Shown here piece by piece: positions 1 through 12,100 of a stretch of 33,207 nt of DNA. Position numbers and translations under genes: made by a program. Positions within the stretch are counted from its first letter, which is position 1; each line of letters starts with the position of its first letter. A model generated the notes under the pieces. That model ran no database searches. It was not told the origin of the DNA and saw only the letters and a list, made by a program, of their open reading frames with translations. The stretch covers positions 31,866,655 through 31,899,861 of the forward strand of contig JBOZIK010000001.1 in NCBI GenBank assembly GCA_051453625.1, written 5' to 3'. This DNA comes from Welwitschia mirabilis. Lineage: Eukaryota.

Positions 1-2
1 TT

Positions 3-240
3 AGTTTCAGTCAAGTCCCTATTTTTTTTCACAACACCAGTGCTATCAACATATCAAAAAATCATGTTCAGCACTCAAGAATAAAGCATATTGAGCTAAT
101 ACATCATTTTCTATAAGACTAAGTTGAAAATAGACATATCTCTATGAACTTTATGACTACAGACCAATAACTAGTAGATATTTTTACTAAACCCTTAAAT
201 TCTGATACTTTTTCTTTGTCTTAGAAATGAACTATGGGTT
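3..240 (+). pseudogene. Ty1/copia RNase H domain (C-terminus of pol), decayed, Sirevirus-like
   Basis: The frame from base 3 reads SFSQVPIFFHNTSAINISKNHVQHSRIKHIELIHHFL*D*VENRHISMNFMTTDQ*LVDIFTKPL. This matches the copia RNase H consensus (CDNTSAINISKNPVQHSRTKHI..RHHF.RD...QLADIFTKPL), with in-frame stops. Confidence 0.95.
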
Positions 241-1324
241 ATCTCACCATCTTATGGCTGATTATAGGACGATTGACTAGATTCTTAATTCAGTTGACTC
301 GATGTGGTTGATTCATCAGAATAAAAACCTGGTTTCCCAGACCTTCTCAATTTTGTAGGTCGTTCAGTGAAATCTGATAATATAGAATGAAAGTTTCTTT
401 TGTATTCTCTATTTCCATCTTTTTAGACTAAGTATTTATTCATATTTTACTTATGAGCTTTTTATCCTCTCCTTTGTTATTGNNNNNNNNNNAGTTCTGT
501 AGGCATTTTAGGAGAAGCTAACAGTGCAGAACAAACGTTTTTGCCTGTATTCCCTATTCTCATTTTCTTTATACATTTACATTTTTCTTATAAACATTTA
601 TTCTCTTCTTTTTCATCAATGTAAAAAGGGGGAGAATTAGTTGTTTATTGTTGAATGTTTTCTTATGATTTTAGGTATTTGCATATGTTTAATAAAATCT
701 ACATGCACTTCACTTTTATGGTCTAAACTATTTTCATTTAGTATCTTAAATCTTTTTATAATTATGCAAANNNNNNNNNNNNNNNNNNNNNNNNNNNNNN
801 NNNNNNNNNNNNNNNNNNNNNNNNNNNNNNNNNNNNNNNNNNNNNNNNNNNNNNNNNNNNNNNNNNNNNNTGTTGAATGTTTTCTTATGATTTTAGGTAT
901 TTGCATATGTTTAATAAAATCTACATGCACTTCACTTTTATGCTCTAAACTATTTTCATTTAGTATCTTAAATCTTTTTATAATTATGCAAATCATATGT
1001 GATTAACATGTTTATCTATTGGTATCATATATACTTAAATTAAAATTTTAAAGTCTTTTAATGTTGAAAATAAATTCTAAAATGTGATAACTAATCAAAA
1101 TGTTAAATGGTTTACAAGATCTCATTATGCTTTTCATAAAGTTTGTGCCCTTAATACTTTAATTGTGCATATTAAATTTGCTCCATTTAAAGCACAAAAT
1201 TTGATTAATCAAAATTTTTTAACCTAGTTTTAATAGGTGTAATATTTTGTAATAGGTATTTTATAAGAGGAATCTTTTCTGAGTTCTAATTTTCCACAAC
1301 TAAGTATTCTTTACCATCAATGTC

Positions 1325-1336
1325 AAAAGGGGGATA
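1325..1336 (+). other. Polypurine tract of the Sirevirus element; a second upstream copy lies at 623-635
   Basis: AAAAGGGGGATA immediately before the LTR, and AAAAAGGGGGAGA at 623-635 with the same CATCAATGT prefix. Multiple PPT copies are typical of Sireviruses. Confidence 0.8.
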
Positions 1337-2647
1337 TATTAAATTATGTTTTATCAATTGATATTAAACTAATGTTTTCTATATAGCAAATTTTGTGTGT
1401 CTTGTTAGAAGATCTTAATTACTTTCGGGTTAAAAGATGAAATCTAAATCATTGAATTTTGAGCACTATAAACCTATCAGTTCTTTAATCCTCTTGAGGG
1501 GTTGACAGAACTTTCAAGGAATCGATTGCACCTAAAGCAAAAAGATAAAATAAAATACATTTAGAGGGGTCTACTGGATTTTAGATGAGGTCAAATAGGC
1601 CTATAAACCTTGAGAACTAGTGTTCTTAAACTAAATGGCAAGGGTCAGCCAGACTTATAATGGGGTCAATCAGACTTGAGCACTATGTATCTGATACTCC
1701 TAAGTCGATTGTTATGGGGTTGATTGGATACTTGAAGGGGTCAATCAGACCTAATAATGGAAACTAAAAAGATCTTTATCAAGACAAGTGAGTGACCAAA
1801 TTTTATTATGGATGACTAGACTAGGGTCAACTAGACCCATATAGAATCGACCGAACATGAAGTCATAAGAAATTAAAATGACTAAAATTTTCACTTGGGT
1901 GATCTGTATAAGTCACAGCACCAGATGAGGTTGACCGAACATTTGAGCGATTGACCTGATGGAATAGAACTAAAATTTTTTATTCATTATGTATCCATTA
2001 TGTCTCCATTAGATAGTCATTCTATAATCATTTATAGCCATTAAAAGTGCAATTCAAATGTAATAAACCCTAAAATCCTTCCAATATAAATAGTTAAGAA
2101 ATAGATAACTATAGAATATTTTGGAACCATTTTCAATTATGTTAATCTTTTGGATCTAAGAAATGAGCACTGTAATCTTATGATATTCACTATTGTGTCT
2201 TGGCATTTGTGCTTCTGACCAAGGAAGATCTACTATCTGCATATTGGCATCATTGCATCACTTTTCTACTTTGTGAAAGGTTGAGACTAAGTTTTAAAAA
2301 TTCCTTTTAAAGGTTAAGACTAACCTAGAAAATTCCATTTGTAAAAGTTATAAGTGAACCTAGAATATCTAATAGAGTAACAAAGATCCATATCAAGCTT
2401 GGGGATAAGCTGATCATTGAGAGTGGAGTAGGGGGTTTCTCAAATCATTATAAATCCTGTGTGCATCTATTTGATACTTTTGTGCTTTCAGTTAGTTTAT
2501 TTCTCTACTTATATTAATTTTTCTTTACATGTACATTCTGGATTAGTAAATTATTTTATGCAAGTTTTTTATTTATCTTGGATTTATTTAGAACATTGTG
2601 TTGAAATTTTAAGAATCTATTCATTCCCCCTCTAGGGTTCTTAATCA
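1337..2647 (+). repeat. Sirevirus 3' LTR (~1.3 kb)
   Basis: Starts right after the PPT (TATTAAATT, probably decayed TGTTAA). TATAAATAG at ~2085. Ends with CTATTCATTCCCCCTCTAGGGTTCTTAATCA, like the conserved Sirevirus U5 end. The right boundary could be 2647 or 2652. Confidence 0.8.
1498..1940 (+). repeat. Array of ~10 degenerate ~13-bp motifs (inferred ancestral GGGTCGACCGGAC) in the Sirevirus LTR U3
   Basis: Copies near 1498, 1566, 1588, 1641, 1662, 1716, 1737, 1823, 1844 and 1928 (e.g. GGGGTCAATCAGAC twice, AGGGTCAACTAGAC, AGGTTGACCGAAC), all upstream of the TATA box. Confidence 0.75.
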
Positions 2648-2749
2648 TATCAAAATTATGTAAATTGGATGAATTAAAATAAAGTTGGTTTATGTAAAAT
2701 AAGAAGTCTTTCTTCTACAGGATGGTGTTGAATAAGCATTAAGGATATC

Positions 2750-4736
2750 ATTTCTTCAAAAAGACTCTAATAATAAATTTCTTATTCCCTACATAGCATT
2801 TTATCATTACTATTTATATGTTAATAATGCAATAGGCTATTGCACAAATGGTTCTTTCTAAGAGTAAAAGGTATCCTCCATTGTATTCTACATCAATAAT
2901 GACACATATATAAGGTAAATAGATTTTTTAATTTATGTGACTAGATCCTTAATACTTTAATGAGTTTTTTAAGAGTTTTGTTAGCTAGTTCTAACATATT
3001 TTTTGTTGATTTAATCTTATTTTCCTAACTAAACTTTTTTCAAAATGTAAAATGGCATAATGTTGACATTAGCTCCTATTCCTATTAATGCCTTCTTGAT
3101 CTTTTTGCTTCCTTCTAAGATAACACTAAGTGGAGTAGCCCCTGAGTCTTTAAATTTCAAACATTTTTGTGCCACTAGTTTAAAAAAGGAATTAGGCTAT
3201 GAATACTTTATTTGGTATTCTTTTAATATTTTTCCCATAACTAATCATTTCCATATTTTATTGTATTTAGGATTATTTTGTGATTTTTCTAAAAAGAAAA
3301 GTTGATTCTCACATTTTGCGTAATTTCCTTAAGATAATGGTCATAGGTAGGATTAGCCTTTAATCTTTTTAGATAAGGGGTGTGTATCCATTTACTATGT
3401 TTTCATTGGTTGGAACTTAAGGAAAACTAGATTAATTAATAATTTCTATGTGATTATCACGTATTTGATTTTCTTGTTTGTACGAAGTAAGTGGTTCCTC
3501 ATTAGAACTTGTATCATGTTCACTTATTGTTACTATCTTTCAATCATTTTTAACATTATATGGGTTTGGAATATTTTAGGTTCGAATGGAACCTTATGGA
3601 CTTTGATTTCCTCAGATGGTTTATTAAAATATTCCTATAAGGTTTTTGATATTTTATTTGATGGATTTTTGCATTTTCTTCAACTTCTCAATTGGCTCTC
3701 TAAGGGAGTCATTCTTAATGTAGCTAGAACAGTTGGTCTAAAAATTATTAGATTAAAAGTTATAGTTTGAAAATTATTAAAGTAAAAAAAATATTAAACT
3801 AGATGTTATTGCTCTTGTATCTATTTTCAAAAGATAGTTTGAAGGTTAGTTATGATTCATTTTTTCATGCCTAAAATTATTGATTACTAGATCTCTAATT
3901 AAATACATAAGCTTCTTCATAGATCATTTCTCTAATATTGGTAAGGTAGGATAATTATTGGTGTAAGAAGAGTTATCCTTACATATTTAACAATGACAAT
4001 AAGGTGTTAGAGGTTGAATTTTTTATTTAACATTTTTCCAATAGCTAACACCTTGGTATAGTGTTCCAAAGTGTTGGTAAGACCTTTAATTAGATTGCTA
4101 TGGCTAGATTTCTCTTCATGTTGTACTTTCTTTATGTATTTCAACATTTATCCTATAATTCTACCTTCCTCAAGGGTTGGTTTTAGCCATGCTTGACTAA
4201 TTTCCACTAATTCTTCTAAGAGTTCACAAGCATCATCTAAAGTCAAGTTACATAAATTTCCATCCCATGAAAAATCTAGTATTTACTTGGTTTGGTTATT
4301 TAATCCATTATAAAAGTGGATAACAAGTTCTTCTCTTAAAACCTCATCTACAAGATTAGACATCGCATTAATTAAAATCTCTCATAGGTTTTAGGATAAG
4401 CCTCATAATGTGTTGTGCAATGTTGTTTAAATTTATTTTTTTTCTTTTTTTTTTTTCAATGGTTGTTTCACTCATGAACCTTTTTATGAAGGAATCTTGA
4501 ACTTGGTCCCAAGTCTTAAGGCTTTTATGGAGAATATTTTTCAAGCAATTTTTAGCCTTTTCTCTAAGGATAATGGGAAACTAATTATGTAAGTCCTCTT
4601 AGCTACCTTTTCTTCCTCATTTTCTAAGGTAAGAATGAGTTATCTTATTTTAGCCAGGTATTAAAAAGGATCTTCTTCATCGTCTCCTGAAAAGGTAGGA
4701 TAGGATTTAAGGTTTTTAAGTTTCATATCTTCTCTA
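2750..4736 (-). pseudogene. Decayed gag-protease of element 1 (downstream part)
   Basis: Gag motifs MKLKNLKSYPTFSGDDEEDPF and FPIILREKAKNCLKNILHKSLKTWDQVQDSFIKRF. Protease-region motifs KFKDSGATPLSV, KALIGIGANVNIMPF and LLLLERTICAIA (cf. KLKDPG, ALCDLGASVNLMP, ILGRPFLATA). Many stops and frameshifts. Confidence 0.9.
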
Positions 4737-5779
4737 TGTTGCAATGTGTACTTATGCATGCTTTTTACATTCAAATAGATTCTATCATTAATAATTAAAA
4801 TAGATATTCTACATAATACATTATACTAATATAATTGGAGTGACCCAAATTTCATATCTCATTGAACTTTATCCATAAGGAACTCAGGTTGCTTTTGTGA
4901 TTTAACTTAGAAACCAGAAATAATAAACAATAATGCAATAAAATAAACTACCATGCAAAATGCAAGATGCAATCTAAACTAATATGAAATGCAAATGAAT
5001 CCTAACCCTACTTGCTTTTCACCCTTGATAAAGGTTACCCTTGATAATCTATAACATTAGACTATAAGGGACATAATAATTCTATAATGCAAATGATACA
5101 AACATGTGAAGAAAACTAAGATTTATATTAAAAGATTAATTTTCATCTAGGTTAAAAACAGTCGGGTCTCAACAGAAGAAACTCAACCCTCTACCAAGTG
5201 CTTACCTTTTTGCAACTCACAAAGATGGATTTCCTGCCCTTCACTCTCCTATCATGAGAATCTTTGGTGCATCGAAGATGAGAAGAAGAGTCAATAGGGG
5301 TCTTATTTATAGGAAATTATAATAGAAAAGGATAAATAGAAGCTATAGTTACACACGCTTATTAAGGGCTCAAAAATAGATGAAATAGCTGAGAGAATCT
5401 ATCAGTGACAATTACATGTCAGTGTCATCAGGGCTATCGTTTAGACAACATGGGGGATGATAGACCATCAAAAAATATCTTAAAATTGATGACTTAGCAA
5501 TCCACGTAAGCAGTCATCATCTTTCCCATCATGTGGACGATAAAGGAGATGATGGTCTTCTTTAATGATTTTCTTATGAAGAATCTTAGCATTTTTAATC
5601 ATAAAAAGCTCTGCTCATCGTAAAGTGCCTTTAATGCATCAAATTTGAATAATAACTACACTTTTTTAATATTTCCTCTTGCATATCTAAAATCCTTAGA
5701 ATTTCACCAAAACCTATATAAAAGTCCTACAAAACAACTCATAAAATCCATCAAATAACTATAAATTAATACCATAACA
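4737..5779 (-). repeat. 3' LTR of element 2
   Basis: TGTTGCAA...CCATAACA. Alignable over its length to 13678-14738 and adjacent to the PPT. Confidence 0.92.
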
Positions 5780-5796
5780 TAGCCCTCTACTTAGCC
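5780..5796 (-). other. Polypurine tract of element 2
   Basis: Minus strand GGCTAAGTAGAGGGCTA directly abuts the LTR. The same motif abuts the LTR of element 3 at 28287-28303. Confidence 0.75.
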
Positions 5797-8700
5797 TTTT
5801 GTCAGTCCTTGACAAAAAACCAGGTAAAAAAAAACCATAATTACGAGCCAATTTACTTTTTAAAAGATAATCTAAAAACCATAATAATATCCTCATAAAA
5901 ACACATCATATAGATAAATGATAAGTAATGCACAATGTGTATAAAAAATTTAAAAATTTCATGTCATAAAAGCTTTAAAAATTTTGAAAATGAGACATGC
6001 AAATGGGTCTCTACCTTCCCCCAAAGAAAAGGCAATATGTCTTGTATTGGTAAATAAAGCAAAGAAAGTAAACGGGAGTGGAAAGATAGGAAATGGAATT
6101 GAGGATAACTTTCAAAATGAAGTGAAAATGTCATATTTGAAAAATATAGTGATATNNNNNNNNNNNNNNNNNNNNNNNNNNNNNNNNNNNNNNNNNNNNN
6201 NNNNNNNNNNNNNNNNNNNNNNNTATGAGTAGTACTTCACAACACCAAAAAATCTAAAAACTAATACAAATCTAAACAAGAAATTACCTTTTATTGAAAA
6301 CTAAAACAAAAAAAATTGCTAAGAAAATATGGTAATGATTTTGAAATAACTAATCAAACCACAAAAGAAAACAAGAAGAATGGGCATAATATAATATAAA
6401 CAAAAGATAGCTCACCACTCTAACATTTAAACCTAGCAATTTCTAATCAAAGTAATTATAACATCACTTGATTTAAAAAATGCATGACTTAATGTACAAA
6501 AAATTCCATTCAATAAGGTAGTGATTATAACGATGCTAGAGTTAAAATGCTTTAAATAATGAATTATTAGATGAAAGAATTGCTCAAAAATTAACTCTCT
6601 TACCATCATCTCAAAATAAACACCAAAATCTCGAGAAATGAAATGATCATGTGGAAAGACTAAGAGTTTAGAAAACAAGCAATGATTCTGATGATATCAG
6701 GAACATCACTAATCCCATAGCCTTAAAGTTTAAATACAACTTNNNNNNNNNNNNNNNNNNNNNNNNNNNNNNNNNNNNNNNNNNNNNNNNNNNNNNNNNN
6801 NNNNNNNNNNNNNNNNNNNNNNNNNNNNNNNNNNNNNNNNNNNNNNNNNNNNNNNNNNNNNNNNNNNNNNNNNNNNNNNNNNNNNNNNNNNNNNNNNNNN
6901 NNNNNNNNNNNNNNNNNNNNNNNNNNNNNNNNNNNNNNNNNNNNNNNNNNNNNNNNNNNNNNNNNNNNNNNNNNNNNNNNNNNNNNNNNNNNNNNNNNNN
7001 NNNNNNNNNNNNNNNNNNNNNNNNNNNNNNNNNNNNNNNNNNNNNNNNNNNNNNNNNNNNNNNNNNNNNNNNNNNNNNNNNNNNNNNNNNNNNNNNNNNN
7101 NNNNNNNNNNNNNNNNNNNNNNNNNNNNNNNNNNNNNNNNNNNNNNNNNNNNNNNNNNNNNNNNNNNNNNNNNNNNNNNNNNNNNNNNNNNNNNNNNNNN
7201 NNNNNNNNNNNNNNNNNNNNNNNNNNNNNNNNNNNNNNNNNNNNNNNNNNNNNNNNNNNNNNNNNNNNNNNNNNNNNNNNNNNNNNNNNNNNNNNNNNNN
7301 NNNNNNNNNNNNNNNNNNNNNNNNNNNNNNNNNNNNNNNNNNNNNNNNNNNNNNNNNNNNNNNNNNNNNNNNNNNNNNNNNNNNNNNNNNNNNNNNNNNN
7401 NNNNNNNNNNNNNNNNNNNNNNNNNNNNNNNNNNNNNNNNNNNNNNNNNNNNNNNNNNNTGTACTTGTGGTAGGGCATCATGGTGACCATGTTTTTGAGA
7501 TAGAAATATAATACATTATGGTATTTATTCACTTATTTTTTTTAAAGAACAATATTCCACATAACCAAATACTCCAAAAGACAAAGGTAAAAGTTGTAAG
7601 ACTAAGACAAAAAAGAACACTCTTAAACAATCTAATACCTTTTCACCATTGAGGAAAGCATAAGAAAAAAAAGCATCTTACTTCAAATTGAAGTTCATGG
7701 ACATGTGAATGCTCTAAGATTGGGTAAATCAAATCTTACCACTGAAATGCCTAAGTCAAAAGACTAGTTATGGAAATAAATACATTAGTCAATTTTAAAA
7801 GATGATCAAGTAATGTCACAATAATTTTTTAAAGGAAAAGACTAGGATAAAATTTAGNNNNNNNNNNNNNNNNNNNNNNNNNNNNNNNNNNNNNNNNNNN
7901 NNNNNNNNNNNNNNNNNNNNNNNNNNNNNNNNNNNNNNNNNNNNNNNNNNNNNNNNNNNNNNNNNNNNNNNNNNNNNNNNNNNNNNNNNNNNNNNNNNNN
8001 NNNNNNNNNNNNNNNNNNNNNNNNNNNNNNNNNNNNNNNNNNNNNNNNNNNNNNNNNNNNNNNNNNNNNNNNNNNNNNNNNNNNNNNNNNNNNNNNNNNN
8101 NNNNNNNNNNNNNNNNNNNNNNNNNNNNNNNNNNNNNNNNNNNNNNNNNNNNNNNNNNNNNNNNNNNNNNNNNNNNNNNNNNNNNNNNNNNNNNNNNNNN
8201 NNNNNNNNNNNNNNNNNNNNNNNNNNNNNNNNNNNNNNNNNNNNNNNNNNNNNNNNNNNNNNNNNNNNNNNNNNNNNNNNNNNNNNNNNNNNNNNNNNNN
8301 NNNNNNNNNNNNNNNNNNNNNNNNNNNNNNNNNNNNNNNNNNNNNNNNNNNNNNNNNNNNNNNNNNNNNNNNNNNNNNNNNNNNNNNNNNNNNNNNNNNN
8401 NNNNNNNNNNNNNNNNNNNNNNNNNNNNNNNNNNNNNNNNNNNNNNNNNNNNNNNNNNNNNNNNNNNNNNNNNNNNNNNNNNNNNNNNNNNNNNNNNNNN
8501 NNNNNNNNNNNNNNNNNNNNNNNNNNNNNNNNNNNNNNNNNNNNNNNNNNNNNNNNNNNNNNNNNNNNNNNNNNNNNNNNNNNNNNNNNNNNNNNNNNNN
8601 NNNNNNNNNNNNNNNNNNNNNNNNNNNNNNNNNNNNNNNNNNNNNNNNNNNNNNNNNNNNNNNNNNNNNNNNNNNNNNNNNNNNNNNNNNNNNNNNNNNN

Positions 8701-9189
8701 NNNNNNNNNNNNNNNNNNNNNNNNNNNNNNNNNNNNNNNNNNNNNNNNNNNNNNNNNNNNNNNNNNNNNNNNNNNNNNNNNNNNNNNNNNNNNNNNNNNN
8801 NNNNNNNNNNNNNNNNNNNNNNNNNNTTTCTTAAAAATAATAGAAAACAAGAATTAACAGTTTATTGACTGTCATTCTACTTGTCATCCAGATGATAAAG
8901 AGGATGATATACATAGGAAAAAGAAATAGATAATAGAAAGTAAACAAAAAAACTATCGAAAGGGACTATCATTTACCTTTTTGTGAGAACGACAGAGGAG
9001 ATGACTGATATTTTTGCAAAAATAGAAAATAGAAGACTGTAAACAGAAACAAAACAAAAAATAGAAAATGAAAATAGAAACTTTAAAAACTAAAAGCTAA
9101 AAAGAAAACAACAAAGTAAGTAAACTTTTATTCAAATCCTAAAACTAAAACATACTTTTATTAAAAAGAAATAAAATAAAATCAAGGAT

Positions 9190-12100
9190 CTATGGTGGTC
9201 TCAAGTTTTTCAGAGAAGTAAGGTCCAAACCAGAAATTAACCAATTAATAAAACATAAGAGATGTATNNNNNNNNNNNNNNNNNNNNNNNNNNNNNNNNN
9301 NNNNNNNNNNNNNNNNNNNNNNNNNNNNNNNNNNNNNNNNNNNNNNNNNNNNNNNNNNNNNNNNNNNTCTCAAGTTTTTCAGAGAAGTAAGGTCCAAACC
9401 AAAAATTAACCAATTGATAAAACATAAGAGATCTATAATTATTTTCATGTAGAATCAATTGGATGAAGAGAGGAGTAATGGATAGCACTTTATGATGCTA
9501 AATCAAATCACAAATTTTGCAAGTTAGAGGGGAGATAAATGATAACTTGGATAAAATATTTTTATAAAATGCAAGAGTTTTACCTCCAAGTTTATTGAGA
9601 AACTTTTTCTTTTTCAAAATCAATTTTTGATTTTTACTTTTTGGCTTATGAATTTAATAATCTTTCTTATGATTGTTCTTAAAAGTTTAGACTTCCTTAT
9701 ACTCAAAAAGTTTCTTTTCTTATTTATTCTTAAGTTGATTATCATAAAGCACATTCTCATTTGGTTTCATCTCTCTTTTTTCAAGTGGATGATGTTGTAA
9801 AAATAAAGTAGGTTTGATATTCTCATCAATGTTCATATCATCATCACCCAAATCTTTTTTAGCTACATCAAAGACTCTAATCGTGAAAGTCCTATTTCCA
9901 AAATTACATTTTATTATTCCTTTTCTTGNNNNNNNNNNNNNNNNNNNNNNNNNNNNNNNNNNNNNNNNNNNNNNNNNNNNNNNNNNNNNNNNNNNNNNNN
10001 NNNNNNNNNNNNNNNCATTAATAGGGTAGCAAGCCTCTTCAATTTATATTGTCAAATCTTTAATGATGCCTAACGGTTTTCAAACTAATTTATCTGCTAA
10101 TTCTAGGACAACCGATGTAGGCTCTATTCTATTTTTGAAATTAAGCCTTTTACAAATGTAAAGTGACATAATATTAACACTTGCTCCAATGTTAATTAAT
10201 GCTTTCCATATCTTTTTATTTCCCTTTACAGTAGCATCTACCATTGCTACTTCTGGATCTTTAAATTTTGGTTATTTTTGTAATACTAAGTTCANNNNNN
10301 NNNNNNNNNNNNNNNNNNNNNNNNNNNNNNNNNNNNNNNNNNNNNNNNNNNNNNNNNNNNNNNNNNNNNNNNNNNNNNNNNNNNNNNNNNNNNNNNNNNN
10401 NNNNNNNNNNNNNNNNNNNNNNNNNNNNNNNNNNNNNNNNNNNNNNNNNNNNNNNNNNNNNNNNNNNNNNNNNNNNNNNNNNNNNNNNNNNNNNNNNNNN
10501 NNNNNNNNNNNNNNNNNNNNNNNNNNNNNNNNNNNNNNNNNNNNNNNNNNNNNNNNNNNNNNNNNNNNNNNNNNNNNNNNNNNNNNNNNNNNNNNNNNNN
10601 NNNNNNNNNNNNNNNNNNNNNNNNNNNNNNNNNNNNNNNNNNNNNNNNNNNNNNNNNNNNNNNNNNNNNNNNNNNNNNNNNNNNNNNNNNNNNNNNNNNN
10701 NNNNNNNNNNNNNNNNNNNNNNNNNNNNNNNNNNNNNNNNNNNNNNNNNNNNNNNNNNNNNNNNNNNNNNNNNNNNNNNNNNNNNNNNNNNNNNNNNNNN
10801 NNNNNNNNNNNNNNNNNNNNNNNNNNNNNNNNNNNNNNNNNNNNNNNNNNNNNNNNNNNNNNNNNNNNNNNNNNNNNNNNNNNNNNNNNNNNNNNNNNNN
10901 NNNNNNNNNNNNNNNNNNNNNNNNNNNNNNNNNNNNNNNNNNNNNNNNNNNNNNNNNNNNNNNNNNNNNNNNNNNNNNNNNNNNNNNNNNNNNNNNNNNN
11001 NNNNNNNNNNNNNNNNNNNNNNNNNNNNNNNNNNNNNNNNNNNNNNNNNNNNNNNNNNNNNNNNNNNNNNNNNNNNNNNNNNNNNNNNNNNNNNNNNNNN
11101 NNNNNNNNNNNNNNNNNNNNNNNNNNNNTATGTTGAACTTCTATGATAATCACATCTATTGGGTAACAAGCCTCTTCAATTTGTATTGCCAAATCTTTAA
11201 TGATGTATAATGGTTTCTTAACTAATATATCTACTAGTTCTAAAACAACAAAAGTAGGCTCTATTATATCTTTCAAACCAAGCCTCTTATAAATTTAAAG
11301 TGGCATAATGTTAACACTTTCTCCAATGTTAATTAAAGCTTTCCCTATCTTCTTGTTTTCCTCTACAGTAACATTCATCGTGGCTGCTGTAGATCTTTAA
11401 ATTTTGGTGATTTTTATAATACTAATTCATGAGGAATTGAGCTAGGAAGACTTTACTAGGAATGACTCATTTTTTTTTTTCTTCTTATTAAGTCTTTCCA
11501 TAGTTTCGCATACCTCAAATTTTCTTATAAAACTTTCCAAAAAGAAAGACTTATGCTCACATTCTTAATTAAGGCTTTAAGATGTTCATTGAAAGTTGAG
11601 TTGTTGTTAAGCCTATCAATCCAAGGGATTGTTGGATTTTTCTTTTTCTTCTTGTCAATAGAAGGAAAATTTTAATCATTTAAAATTTTAATGTCCTCTT
11701 CCTCTTCTTCTTCATTGTTGTGGAAGGTGGAAGGTTCACATGGAGGAGGATTTATTTCTTGTCCACTTATTGTCACAACCTTATAGTCTCTTCTTAGTTC
11801 ATTTGGATTGGATAAAAGTTGTATAGGTAAAGCTCCTTGAGGTCTTTGGTTTGCTAGCAATGTTTATTGAAAAAAAATGTTTGCCATGTTTTCTGCATTG
11901 ACATTTTTTTTTTCTGAGCTCCTCCGTAAGGCTTGTGAGTTATTCATTTAGATTTTGAAAGTTTGATGGACTTGGTGGATAGTTTGCATTTTTGAATTGA
12001 TTTCTAAAAGGTTGATGATTATTTTGGAAATATGTATTCAACCTAGGTTGTTCTTGATTTTGGGATCAAAAGTTTTATATGATTAATTAAAAGAAAAAAC

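Larger units (their letters stand above)
1..2647 (+). mobile_element. 3' part of a Ty1/copia Sirevirus (SIRE/Maximus) LTR retrotransposon
   Basis: RNase H at 3-240, two CATCAATGT.AAAAGGGGGA PPT signatures (614-635, 1315-1334), then an LTR with repeated palindromic motifs, a TATA box and the C-rich terminal motif CTATTCATTCCCCCTCTAG. Confidence 0.85.

Noticed and set aside
649..992. 122-bp direct repeat around a gap, producing ORFs 637-996 and 641-1006
   Set aside because: The copies differ at one base and flank an exactly 100-N placeholder gap. This is an unmerged contig overlap, not a biological repeat or gene.
3060..3770. Plus-strand ORFs 3060-3305 and 3450-3770 (also 12948-13226)
   Set aside because: They are antisense shadows of minus-strand gag/protease.
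9198..9436. ~70-bp direct repeat around gap 9268-9367
   Set aside because: Same 100-N overlap artefact; the few differences fit allelic or paralogous reads.
6723..11276. Long ORFs of 269-344 aa in the ORF track
   Set aside because: They are almost entirely X from N runs and carry no coding evidence.
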